A stretch of DNA of 64,000 nucleotides from positions 7,587 through 71,586 of the forward strand of contig DXZO01000005.1 in NCBI GenBank assembly GCA_019419625.1. The letters are read 5' to 3'. This DNA comes from Collinsella sp. (GTDB taxonomy: Bacteria > Actinomycetota > Coriobacteriia > Coriobacteriales > Coriobacteriaceae). The translations under genes and the position numbers were made by a program. The notes under the pieces were generated by a model. It searched no databases and was not told the origin of the DNA. It worked only from the letters and a program-made list of their open reading frames with translations. Of this stretch, positions 45,081 to 53,880 are shown piece after piece; the first letter of the stretch is position 1, and every line of letters starts with the position of its first letter.

Positions 45081-46487
45081 ATGCGCCAAAACGGATCCAA
45101 CTTAAACGGGCGTTCGGGTGCGCGTCCGACGGCGCGCCGCGACCTGGGGCAGCTGCCCAGCGGTCAGCGCCGTCGCCGCCGTAAGCCCGGCGCGATGTAC
45201 CTCAACCATAGCCGCGGGTTTAGCGACCGCAGCGCGCGCATCGGCAACGGGCGCTCGCCGCGCCGACCGTCCCGTCTGCCCTATGCGCTCATTGCCGTGG
45301 GCTGTGCGCTCGTGCTGTTTATCGCTGCCGTCGTGGGCTACGTCAACCGCAGCGTGGACGTGGAACTCAACGGGCAAAAGACCGCGGTGCGCGTGGGCTC
45401 TACGCTGCAGAATCTCATCGACGACCAGGAGTTGACTGACACCTACGACGCAGGCGACCTGCTGGCCGTCGATGACAGCGTGCTCAAGCGCCATGGCGGC
45501 GAAAAGCTGTCGGTTAAGGTGGACGGCAAGCGCATAAAACAGGGCAAATGGGATAGCCGCGAACTTGAGGGTGGCGAGAAGGTGACGGTCAAGGATGGCC
45601 GTAACACCTACGAGAAGCATGAGGTTCAGGCTACGGTTATCGAGCCCAAGCTCAAGGTCGAGGGCACGGGTGCTATCGAGTATGTGCAGACGTGGGGCGT
45701 TCAGGGCCGCTCCGAGGTGTGGGTTGGTGAGCAGTCGGGCAAGACGCAGGACCGCGGCGAGGTTGTGCCCGCCACCGATTGCGTCGTTGCGTGCGCCAGC
45801 GTGGCGCCCAAGGGCAACGAAAAGTACGTGGCGCTGACGTTTGACGAGGGTCCGAGCGGCGCCACCAAACAGATCTTGCAGGTGCTCAAGGAAAAGGGCG
45901 TTACCGCGACGTTCTTCCTTTCGGGCGATGCGGCCGAGGCCTCGCCTGCCACGGCCAAGGCGATTGTCGATGCCGGGTGCGAGATCGGATCCAACAGCTA
46001 CAGCGACGATTCGCTCAAGGGTCAGGACCGTGAGACGGTACGCGAACAGATCACGAAAGGCACCGATGCGATTAAGTCGGCGACCGGCGTGAAGACGATG
46101 CTGCTGCGTGCTCCCTACGCTGCCTTTGACGAGCAAAACTGGATTGATGCGATGGACCTGGTCTCCGCCGTGGTCTCGTGGAATATTGACTCGGGCGACT
46201 GGCTGCTCAACGGTGCCGACGAGCAGGTCTCAACGGTGCTCGATTCGGTGACGCCGGGCAATATCGTGCTGCTCACCGATAGAGACGAATGCGCCGAGCA
46301 GACGCTCGAGGCGCTGCCGCAGATTATCGACGGCCTTGTCGCCGACGGCTACAAGATCGTGACGCTCAGCGACCTGGTCAAGACGGACACGTCGCTGAGC
46401 AAAAAGCTCACCTCGCTGACGAAGGTCACCATGCCCAAGGACGCCGTGTTCCCCCAACTTGCCGAGGACGATGACACCACAGAGTAG
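45081..46487 (+). CDS. Membrane-anchored polysaccharide (peptidoglycan) deacetylase with DUF348/G5-like spacer domains
   Basis: Arg-rich N-terminus, a TM helix (YALIAVGCALVLFIAAVVGYV), beta-rich G5-like region, then a NodB domain (KYVALTFDEGPS...ATFFLSG...GSNSYSD). Confidence 0.8.
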   Translation: MRQNGSNLNGRSGARPTARRDLGQLPSGQRRRRRKPGAMYLNHSRGFSDRSARIGNGRSPRRPSRLPYALIAVGCALVLFIAAVVGYVNRSVDVELNGQKTAVRVGSTLQNLIDDQELTDTYDAGDLLAVDDSVLKRHGGEKLSVKVDGKRIKQGKWDSRELEGGEKVTVKDGRNTYEKHEVQATVIEPKLKVEGTGAIEYVQTWGVQGRSEVWVGEQSGKTQDRGEVVPATDCVVACASVAPKGNEKYVALTFDEGPSGATKQILQVLKEKGVTATFFLSGDAAEASPATAKAIVDAGCEIGSNSYSDDSLKGQDRETVREQITKGTDAIKSATGVKTMLLRAPYAAFDEQNWIDAMDLVSAVVSWNIDSGDWLLNGADEQVSTVLDSVTPGNIVLLTDRDECAEQTLEALPQIIDGLVADGYKIVTLSDLVKTDTSLSKKLTSLTKVTMPKDAVFPQLAEDDDTTE

Positions 46488-46522
46488 TCATTGGGTAGTC
46501 GTTTAAGAACGTCCCCAATGGC
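46481..46522 (+). repeat. GTCCCCAA-family repeat overlapping the stop codon of the deacetylase gene
   Basis: AGAGTAGTCATTGGGTAGTCGTTTAAGAACGTCCCCAATGGC. It shares AGAGTAGTCATT and TTAAGAACGTCCCCAA with 37964-37994. Confidence 0.8.
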
Positions 46523-46535
46523 TATGTCACGGATA

Positions 46536-46700
46536 CGTCAGCGTTTGGTATGCCTGCAATGTGCAGCGCATAAATTCGATGCCGCAGGGCGATGCTGATG
46601 CTATAGTTACTGCGGTTAATGAGGGTCAAGAGAAAGGTTACAGGTGAAATCCAAACCTCGACCATACAGTCGATGACCCCATGCAGGTGCTTTTTGCGCA
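46536..46700 (+). promoter_or_regulatory. Candidate M-box (Mg2+) riboswitch-like leader
   Basis: Matches by eye to remembered conserved blocks of the B. subtilis ykoK/mgtE M-box: UUAAUGAGGGUCAAGAG (46616-46632) versus CUAAUGGGUCAACAG, ACAGGUGAAA (46640-46649) versus UAAGGUGAUU, and CCAUACAGU (46662-46670), which is identical. It lies upstream of Mg-transport-type genes. Not validated by a covariance model. Confidence 0.45.
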
Positions 46701-46760
46701 TGCACGGGGTGTAAGCGTCGAGCGGCGTGCCGCCCGCGCATGCGTATACATATCCAGAAG

Positions 46761-46795
46761 CCCCCGGACGCCGCACGCGCGGCCGCGTCCGGAGG
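46761..46795 (+). promoter_or_regulatory. Hairpin sequestering the Shine-Dalgarno sequence upstream of the MgtE_N/CBS gene
   Basis: CCCCCGGACGC (46761-46771) pairs 10/11 with GCGTCCGGAGG (46785-46795). The 3' arm contains the GGAGG SD. Confidence 0.55.
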
Positions 46796-46815
46796 AATAA
46801 TGATGGGGAGCACCA

Positions 46816-48660
46816 TTGAATTATCTGAGTGAGATGCTCAAATTGCCAGTCTTGGACGTCGACGGCGAAAAGCTCGGCGTGGTCAACGATTTTGGCATTG
46901 CAACTGGCGAAGTTTTTCCGCACGTGACGTCGCTCGCGTTCCGCGGTCCCGGCAAGACGCCGTTTATGATCAGCTGGCGCAAATGGGTCGACCGTATCGA
47001 TGAGACGGGCGTGTATCTCAACACATCTGCCACCAATATTCGCTTCTCGTACCTGCAACCGACCGAGCTGTTGCTGGCGCGCGATGTTCTCAATAAGCAG
47101 ATCGTCGACACGCAGGGCATGAAGGTCGTGCGCGTCAACGACATCAAGTTTTCCATGTCGGGCGAAAACCAGCTGCGCCTGCTGGGTGCCGAGGTCGGTG
47201 CCCGCGGTCTGCTACGCGCCATCAGCCCCGCACTCGAGCATATCGTCGAAGGCTTTATGAAGCACCTGGGCAAGCCGCTCAGCGAGGACATCATCGCTTG
47301 GTCCTACATGGACCTGCTCGACCGCTCGACTAAAAACATTCAACTCTCGGTGTCGCACAAGACGCTCGGCGAGCTGCACCCTGCCGACATCGCCGATATT
47401 ATCGAGCAGCTCGACCCGCGCCTACGTGCGCAGGTGTTTGCGCAGCTCGATACTGCCCAGGCCGCCGAGGCCATCTCGGAGTTCGATGACGACGAGCTTA
47501 TGACCGAGATGCTCGAGGGCCTGTCCGACACGGACGCATCGTCGATGCTGGCCATGATGGACCCGGACGACGCTGCCGACCTGATCGACGAGCTTGATTA
47601 CGAGAAGGCCGAGAAGCTCCTGCGCCTGATGGGCGTCAAGGAGGAGAAGGCGATTCGTAACCTGCTGGGGTATGAGGACAACACCGCCGGCCGCATCATG
47701 ACCTCGGAGTTTGTCTCCCTGCCCGCCACGGCAACGGTCGGTGACGCCATCGAGGCGATTCGCGAGCTCGACGAGGACTTCGAGAGCGTCTACTACGTCT
47801 ATACCGAGGATCCGAGCGGCATGCTGACCGGCGTGCTTTCGCTGCGCACGCTGATTGTAGCCGACCGCGACGCCACGCTGGGTCAGCTGGCCTATCGCGA
47901 CCTGGTCTATGTGTCGCCCGACGAGGACCAGGAAGACGTGACGGACGAGATGACCAAGTACGACCTGGTTGCCATCCCTGTCTGCGACGAGAACCGTCAT
48001 ATCCTTGGTATCGTGACCTTCGACGACGCCATGGACGTTATCGCCGAGGAGCATCAGGAGGACCTGCAGATCGCCGGTGTCGGCTCGGGCGATAGCGCGT
48101 CGGACGACTCGACGAACGTGCTCAGCTGGTTTGTGCATCGCCAGTACTGGGTTGTCGTGTGGGGTATTGCCTCGTGCATCATGGCGACCGTGCTGGGAAC
48201 GGCGCTCGGCTCCGCGCATCTGGTGGTGTTCCCCATGTGCGCCATGCCGCTCGTGCTGCTGGCGGCCTCGCGCATGGTGTCGTTCGTCAAGAACTACTTC
48301 CTGGAGTATGACGGTCACGACGACGAGCCCAAGCCGTATCTGGGATTCTTCTTCCAGAGCACGGGCATGGGCCTGATTCTGTCACTCGTGACCTACCTGT
48401 GCGCCCAGCTGGTGCGCACCGCTGCATTCCCCGATGCGCCCATGTTTGAGGAGCAACTCTTTACCGGGTGCTTTAATATCGCTGCCATCATTTGCTTGGT
48501 TGGCAACATGAGTGCCGTGATTTACCTGATGGTGCTGTTCTGGCGTGACGAGCATGACCTCAACACGTCGGGCACCGCCATGAACGTTATTGCCGTCATG
48601 ATCTCGTGTGTGGCGTATTGCATCGCCGCGGTGCTGCTCGCCATGTCAGTCATGGGCTAG
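46816..48660 (+). CDS. PRC-barrel + MgtE_N + CBS-pair protein with a 5-TM C-terminal domain lacking recognisable MgtE pore motifs
   Basis: N-terminus LPVLDVDGEKLGVVNDFG... and IVDTQGMKVVRVNDIKF are PRC-like. HPADIADIIEQLDP...DPDDAADLIDEL is MgtE_N-like. A CBS pair follows (IMTSEFVSL...IPVCDENRHILGIVTFDD). Five hydrophobic helices follow, without a GGNxGxQ-type motif. Start at the TTG at 46816 (GGGGAG SD) or the ATG at 46834. Confidence 0.75.
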   Translation: MNYLSEMLKLPVLDVDGEKLGVVNDFGIATGEVFPHVTSLAFRGPGKTPFMISWRKWVDRIDETGVYLNTSATNIRFSYLQPTELLLARDVLNKQIVDTQGMKVVRVNDIKFSMSGENQLRLLGAEVGARGLLRAISPALEHIVEGFMKHLGKPLSEDIIAWSYMDLLDRSTKNIQLSVSHKTLGELHPADIADIIEQLDPRLRAQVFAQLDTAQAAEAISEFDDDELMTEMLEGLSDTDASSMLAMMDPDDAADLIDELDYEKAEKLLRLMGVKEEKAIRNLLGYEDNTAGRIMTSEFVSLPATATVGDAIEAIRELDEDFESVYYVYTEDPSGMLTGVLSLRTLIVADRDATLGQLAYRDLVYVSPDEDQEDVTDEMTKYDLVAIPVCDENRHILGIVTFDDAMDVIAEEHQEDLQIAGVGSGDSASDDSTNVLSWFVHRQYWVVVWGIASCIMATVLGTALGSAHLVVFPMCAMPLVLLAASRMVSFVKNYFLEYDGHDDEPKPYLGFFFQSTGMGLILSLVTYLCAQLVRTAAFPDAPMFEEQLFTGCFNIAAIICLVGNMSAVIYLMVLFWRDEHDLNTSGTAMNVIAVMISCVAYCIAAVLLAMSVMG

Positions 48661-48668
48661 GTGGTCGC

Positions 48669-49931
48669 GTGCAAAATACCAAGCAAAAGTCGGGCACCAA
48701 GCAAAAGCTGACCATCGCGGCCATCTTTGGTGCTATGGGTCCCGGTCTGCTGGCGGCGCTTTCGGGCAATGACGCCGGCGGCATTGCAACGTATTCCAGC
48801 GCGGGCGCCAGCTATGGCTATAAGATGCTCTGGATGCTTCCCGTCATGACTGTGCTGCTCATCGTGACGCAGGAGACTGCGGCGCGCTGCGGCTGCGTCA
48901 CGGGCAAGGGCCTGGCATCGCTCATTCGCGAGCGCTTTGGCGTGCGCAAGAGTGTACTTGCTATGGCGGCGCTGTTGATCGCCAACACGGCTGTGACCAT
49001 TTCGGAGTTTGCGGGTATTGCGAGCGGCCTTGCCCTCTTTGGCGTGCCGGCGAGCATCTCGGTGCCGTTGGTGGCGCTGCTGGTGTGGATGCTTACCATG
49101 TCGGGGAGTTTCCAGCGCATCGAGAAGATTCTGCTGCTGGTGAGCTGCGTGTTCGTGACCTACATCGTCGCCGCGTTTATGGCTGGCCCCAACTGGGGTG
49201 AGGTCGCGGTCGACCTGGTCGTGCCTAACATTCAAAATGACCCCAGCTACGTGTCGCTCGTGGTCGCAACGATCGGTACCACCATCGCGCCGTGGATGAT
49301 TTTCTTGGCGCAGAACAACGTGGTCGATAAGAACGCGGGCGAGGACGACATCGTGCTGCAGCGTATTGATACCGTGAGCGGCTCGCTTGCCGCCGATGTT
49401 ATTGCCGGCTTTATTATCATCACGACCGGCACGGTGTTGTTCCCGGCGGGTATTCAGATTAGCGATGCTGCCGATGCTGCCCGCGCGCTGGAGCCTATTG
49501 CGGGTCAGTGGTCTACGGTACTGTTTGCCTCGGGCCTGGTCGCGGCGAGTTTCTTGGCTGCCTGCGTGCTGCCGGGCGTTACGTCGAGCGCTATCTGCGA
49601 GGCATTTGGCTGGGAGCGCGGTGCCGACCGCAGCTGGGACGAGGCCCCGGTCTATCGCGGCATCATTACGGCCATCATCGGTATCTCTGCCGTGCTGGTG
49701 CTTATGCCCGGCGTCGATCTGTTCCAGATTATGATGACCTCGCAGGTCATCAATGGCGTGCTACTGCCCGTGGTTCTGGTGTTCCAGGTGGTTATCGCCG
49801 CCGACCGTCACATTATGGGCGCCAACCGCAACGGCCGCGTATGGAACGTGCTCACGTGGGCGACTATCGGCGTGATTACGGTGCTCACGGTCGTCATGTT
49901 TGTCCTGCAGGCGATGGGCTACAGCGCTTAA
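48669..49931 (+). CDS. NRAMP/SLC11-family transporter with NRMT-type (putative Mg2+) binding-site substitutions
   Basis: TM1 motif NDAGG (DAGG at 48771-48782) in place of DPGN. TM6 motif TTIAPW (APW at 49287-49295) in place of xxMPH. About 11 TM helices. Start at the GTG at 48669 (AGGTGG SD), 8 nt after the upstream stop; the ATG at 48606 is the alternative. Confidence 0.8.
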   Translation: MQNTKQKSGTKQKLTIAAIFGAMGPGLLAALSGNDAGGIATYSSAGASYGYKMLWMLPVMTVLLIVTQETAARCGCVTGKGLASLIRERFGVRKSVLAMAALLIANTAVTISEFAGIASGLALFGVPASISVPLVALLVWMLTMSGSFQRIEKILLLVSCVFVTYIVAAFMAGPNWGEVAVDLVVPNIQNDPSYVSLVVATIGTTIAPWMIFLAQNNVVDKNAGEDDIVLQRIDTVSGSLAADVIAGFIIITTGTVLFPAGIQISDAADAARALEPIAGQWSTVLFASGLVAASFLAACVLPGVTSSAICEAFGWERGADRSWDEAPVYRGIITAIIGISAVLVLMPGVDLFQIMMTSQVINGVLLPVVLVFQVVIAADRHIMGANRNGRVWNVLTWATIGVITVLTVVMFVLQAMGYSA

Positions 49932-49949
49932 CGCCCACTTTTGCTTCCG

Positions 49950-49985
49950 AACAGGCCGCAGCGATGGACTGCGGCCTGTTTTTTG
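49950..49985 (+). terminator. Intrinsic terminator
   Basis: Perfect 12-bp stem AACAGGCCGCAG / CTGCGGCCTGTT followed by TTTTGCC. Confidence 0.8.
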
Positions 49986-50013
49986 CCCGCTATAGGGCAT
50001 TAGTTATATGGCA

Positions 50014-50243
50014 GTGGACAAAAAATGCCAAATATGAGTACTGTTGCTAAGTGAATAGCATTTACATCCAAGAAGATAATGAACATAGCCGATAGTATGT
50101 TCATTAAAATTGGCTCCAATATGTCTTAAACCAGTCAGGTTGGCTGCTTTAGGGGGTTGTAGGGGTCGCTCGGACGTCATTTTGGGTGGTTTTGCCTGCT
50201 ACTAAAATGGTAACAGTACTCATATTTGCCACTTTTTGTCCAC
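50014..50243. mobile_element. 230-bp AT-rich MITE-like element with 32-bp terminal inverted repeats
   Basis: GTGGACAAAAAATGCCAAATATGAGTACTGTT (50014-50045) versus the reverse complement of 50212-50243, 30/32 identical. The interior is markedly AT-rich, has an internal palindrome AATGAACAT..ATGTTCATT, and carries no ORF. Confidence 0.7.
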
Positions 50244-50415
50244 GACCTCTTGGAGTCGGCTCGAAAAGAGTGATTTTGGGTTGTTTGCTGCGGGTGTGGG
50301 CTTGGAAACAACGCTCGGGGTGGCGAGGTGCCCAGAATTCGGTCGCAAGGAGGGCGTTCCTCGGCTGTGCCAAGAGTGTCCCTAGGTGCCGGCACATAAG
50401 GAACGTCCCTAACTG

Positions 50416-50453
50416 CCGGAGGGGGTGCCTGCCGTGGCAGGCACCCCCTCCGG
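50416..50453 (-). terminator. Perfect 18-bp hairpin downstream of the acyltransferase gene
   Basis: CCGGAGGGGGTGCCTGCC-GT-GGCAGGCACCCCCTCCGG, 24 nt after the stop at 50477. There is no T-run, so function as a terminator is uncertain. Confidence 0.45.
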
Positions 50454-50476
50454 ATGTGGGAAGTTTGCGCTGCAGG

Positions 50477-52693
50477 TTACTTGTCGGTGCCCAGCTTGTG
50501 CGGCTTGAGAGCGAGCGCATTGACGAGCGCGTCGGTGGCAGACTTGACGGCCGCCGGCTGCGGATCGTTGACGTGATCCTCGGGATGCACGGGCAGGTCC
50601 TTCTTGACTGCATCGTGGATCAAGTTGAGGTACTCAGTCACGCCAGTGGTCGACAGGTGCGTGCCATCGCCATCGAACAGGTCGTTGCGATTGGCACTGT
50701 ATCCGTACCAGTCGATAACGCGCACGTTCTTGTAGCGCGTAGCGGCGTTGGCGATGGCCTGGTTGGTAGAGCCAACCCACGGCTGCGGGCTGCGCGTGTT
50801 CACAAACACCACAATACGCTTATCTCCTGCATCGGCCATGATGGCGTCGATCTGGTCGTCGGTTACCAAGCCGTTGGTGCCCAGTGCAAAGACCACGATC
50901 TTGCCGGCAAGGTTCTGTTGGAGATAGCCCTCAAATGTCGCGCGGCCCGCATCAAACTGGCGGCCCTTTTCGGCATCGATATGGCTGTGCGGGAACACGC
51001 CGTCAAAGGAATCAACGGCGCGCAGCGACACGGAGTCACCGATCATCAACAGGTCGTAGGAGCCATCGGGGAAGCCGTCGTTGTCCTTGTCGGTGTCGTC
51101 GGCCGCCTGCTGGTCGGTGGGCGCGGTGTTTTTGGCTTCCTTGTTGAGGACTTCGGCGCCCTCACCGCTCAGTGCGGAGGTCTCCGGCACAAAGATCAGG
51201 CCGCCCAGCGCGATAACAAGCACGATGCCGCAAGTGGCGCACACGGGAATATGCGCGCGCACCCAGTTGGCGGGCGTGGTGGTGCCGTCGCGGAACTCGG
51301 ATACGGTGCGCCCAAAGGCGCCCTTTCTAAACGGCGTCTCGATAAAGCGATATGAGCATTCGGCTACGGCGACCACCAACAACACCTGCAAAATGTACTG
51401 CCACCACGGCGTATCGTTGATGTTGGCGACCGGGTTCATGAGCAACAGTAGCGGATAGTGCCACAGGTAGATGCTGTACGAGCGCTTGCCAACCCACACG
51501 AGCGGCTCGGCGGACAGCGCGCGGGCAACCATTCCCTGGGGCTGCACGCAGGCCGCGATGACCATGAGCGTGAGGATGGAGCATAACAGCGTGCCGCCGC
51601 GATACTGGAACGCGGTGTAGCCGTTGGTGAGCGCGACCATGGCGGCAAGGCCAACCAGACCCACGACGCCCAACACATCGATGGATGCGGGCGAGGACCA
51701 AAAGCGCACGAGGGCGCTCGGCTGTGCCGGGACGGTCTCGGCTGCGCCGTCGGTCGTAGCGTCATGCTTGCTTTCGGCGTTCTTGCCGTGCTTGGCGGCG
51801 CCAGCCAGGCGATTGAGCCCCAAACGATGAGCGAGACACACCGGCGCCAGGTCGCGATCGGGGATAAAGGCCATCCAGGCGCCCAGCAGCAGCGAGAAGA
51901 CGCGGGTGTCGGTGCCGTAGTACACGCGGCTGGGGTCGGCGGCGGGGTTATAGAGCACCATCATGGCGATGGCGGAGACAGCAGCCAGTCCCAGAACCAT
52001 GCGGCGCGTGTTGGGCTTGCTCATGTGCATGGATACCATAGCGAGCAGCAGCGGGGGCCAAACCAGGTAGAACTGTTCCTCGATGGCGAGCGACCAAAAG
52101 TGCGTAAGCGGCGAGGGATCGCCCAGGGCATTGAAGTACGAGACGTTTTGGGCAATCTGCCACCAGTTGTTGAAGAACAGCAGCGACGGCAGGATGTCAG
52201 GGCGCATCTTGGTGAGCATCACGTGGTTAAAGATGGTGCACAGCGCGCAGGTCACGAACACTACCGTTACCACGGCGGGGACCAGGCGACGGATGCGGCG
52301 AATCCAGAAGCTCTTAAGGTCGATACGGCCGGTCTTAGCGACTTCGTTGAGCAGCAAGCGCGTGATCAGATAGCCCGAAAGCACAAAGAAGATCGTGACG
52401 CCAAGCAGGCCGCCCTGAGCCCACGTGAGGTTGAGGTGATAGAGCACCACCGCGACGACGGCAAGCGTGCGCAGGCCGTCAAGGGCAGGGATGTAGCGGG
52501 ACTTGGGGCGAGCAGGCGTCTGCTCCGCGGCGGGAGTGTTGGCGCGGCCCGCGTTGTTGGCAGAAGCGCGATGGGGGCTCGCGGTGCGTCGCGGCTCGTT
52601 GGCACGGCGCTCGCCCTTCACGCGTTCGTGCGGCGCCGGCTCGTTGCCCGTGCGGCGTCGACCGCGCGAGCCCGATTGCGAGAATTGTTCCAT
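50477..52693 (-). CDS. OatA-like O-acyltransferase (Acyl_transf_3 membrane domain + SGNH hydrolase-type domain)
   Basis: 738 aa. YIPALDGLRTLAVVAVVLYH...GVTIFFVLSGYLIT, about 10 TM helices, and a C-terminal LLMIGDSVS...FALGTNG SGNH domain. Arg/Pro-rich N-terminal extension. Confidence 0.85.
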   Translation of the reverse strand: MEQFSQSGSRGRRRTGNEPAPHERVKGERRANEPRRTASPHRASANNAGRANTPAAEQTPARPKSRYIPALDGLRTLAVVAVVLYHLNLTWAQGGLLGVTIFFVLSGYLITRLLLNEVAKTGRIDLKSFWIRRIRRLVPAVVTVVFVTCALCTIFNHVMLTKMRPDILPSLLFFNNWWQIAQNVSYFNALGDPSPLTHFWSLAIEEQFYLVWPPLLLAMVSMHMSKPNTRRMVLGLAAVSAIAMMVLYNPAADPSRVYYGTDTRVFSLLLGAWMAFIPDRDLAPVCLAHRLGLNRLAGAAKHGKNAESKHDATTDGAAETVPAQPSALVRFWSSPASIDVLGVVGLVGLAAMVALTNGYTAFQYRGGTLLCSILTLMVIAACVQPQGMVARALSAEPLVWVGKRSYSIYLWHYPLLLLMNPVANINDTPWWQYILQVLLVVAVAECSYRFIETPFRKGAFGRTVSEFRDGTTTPANWVRAHIPVCATCGIVLVIALGGLIFVPETSALSGEGAEVLNKEAKNTAPTDQQAADDTDKDNDGFPDGSYDLLMIGDSVSLRAVDSFDGVFPHSHIDAEKGRQFDAGRATFEGYLQQNLAGKIVVFALGTNGLVTDDQIDAIMADAGDKRIVVFVNTRSPQPWVGSTNQAIANAATRYKNVRVIDWYGYSANRNDLFDGDGTHLSTTGVTEYLNLIHDAVKKDLPVHPEDHVNDPQPAAVKSATDALVNALALKPHKLGTDK

Positions 52694-52880
52694 AAAACAT
52701 CATCCAATGACGAGAATAATCAGCACGTATTCATTGTAGCTGCCTACCCCTGTGAATGCTTGCTGCTGGCGCAAGCTCAAGCGCGCGTCCACATCAAAGT
52801 GGACTAAAGTTATAGGGGGTGCGAGAGTGCACAATCGTTGGTCGACGGTGGGCGCAAAGCCTGAAGACGAGGAGGTTTCC

Positions 52881-53876
52881 ATGGCGGATCACAGCATCGT
52901 TGCGGTGTTCGGCAGCATGAACATGGACCTTTCGGTGGCGTGCGAGCGCATGCCGCGCGCGGGCGAGACCGTCGGTGGCGGCGGTTTTATCACCAACGCC
53001 GGCGGTAAGGGAGCCAATCAGGCCGTTGCCGCTGCGCGCATGGGTGCGCGCACGTGCATGATCGGCGCTGTTGGGCGCGATACCTTTGGCGATGCGCTTG
53101 TGGCAGGGCTCCAAGATGCCGGCGTGGGCGTTGAGTTCGTGACACGTCTCGACGACGTGGAGACCGGTACTGCGACTATCATTCGCTGTGAGAGCGACAA
53201 CCGCATCGTGCTGTCGCCGGGCGCCAACCATGCGCTTGCGGGCGAGGACGTTGCCCGCGCACTGAGGCGCTTGGTGGCCGACGAGCTCGACGGCGATGCC
53301 AGTGAGATTGCCCCGGCTGCTGGCGGCGTCTTTATCGCCCAGGGCGAATGTGACCTTGCGGCGACGGCCGGGGCGCTTGCTTGCGCTCACGAGCTGGGGT
53401 TCTATACGATCTTTAACCCGGCGCCCGCCTGCGACCTGCCGGCAGGAGCGTGGCCAGCGGTCGACCTGGTCTGCCCCAACGAGACCGAGTGCCAGGTACT
53501 GACGGGCATTCTGCCCACGGATGATGCGAGTTGCGTCGCCGCGCTCAATGCGCTGCTCGACAAGGGCGCCGGGGCTGCGGTCATCACGTTGGGCGGCGCC
53601 GGCTCGGTTACGCTCGGCGATGGCGGTGAGCCGCTGCGCATGCCGGCGCTTTCGAGCGCGGTGGTCGATACGACGGCCGCGGGCGATACGTTTATCGGCG
53701 CGTTGGCGGCGGCTCGTCTGGAGGGCCTGCCGCTCTTTGAGTGCATGGCGGCGGGTGCTCGCGCCTCGGCGGTGACGGTGTCGCGCCTGGGCGCTCAGCA
53801 ATCAATTCCCACGCGTGCGGAAGTCGAGCACAAGTTTGGTTTAGACGGTTTGGATGTAGACGGAGAAGCGGAGTAG
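52881..53876 (+). CDS. rbsK: Ribokinase
   Basis: VFGSMNMDL, GGKGANQAVAAARMG and a C-terminal DTTAAGDTFIGAL anion-hole motif. GAGGAGG SD before the ATG at 52881. Confidence 0.85.
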   Translation: MADHSIVAVFGSMNMDLSVACERMPRAGETVGGGGFITNAGGKGANQAVAAARMGARTCMIGAVGRDTFGDALVAGLQDAGVGVEFVTRLDDVETGTATIIRCESDNRIVLSPGANHALAGEDVARALRRLVADELDGDASEIAPAAGGVFIAQGECDLAATAGALACAHELGFYTIFNPAPACDLPAGAWPAVDLVCPNETECQVLTGILPTDDASCVAALNALLDKGAGAAVITLGGAGSVTLGDGGEPLRMPALSSAVVDTTAAGDTFIGALAAARLEGLPLFECMAAGARASAVTVSRLGAQQSIPTRAEVEHKFGLDGLDVDGEAE

Positions 53877-53880
53877 AACA

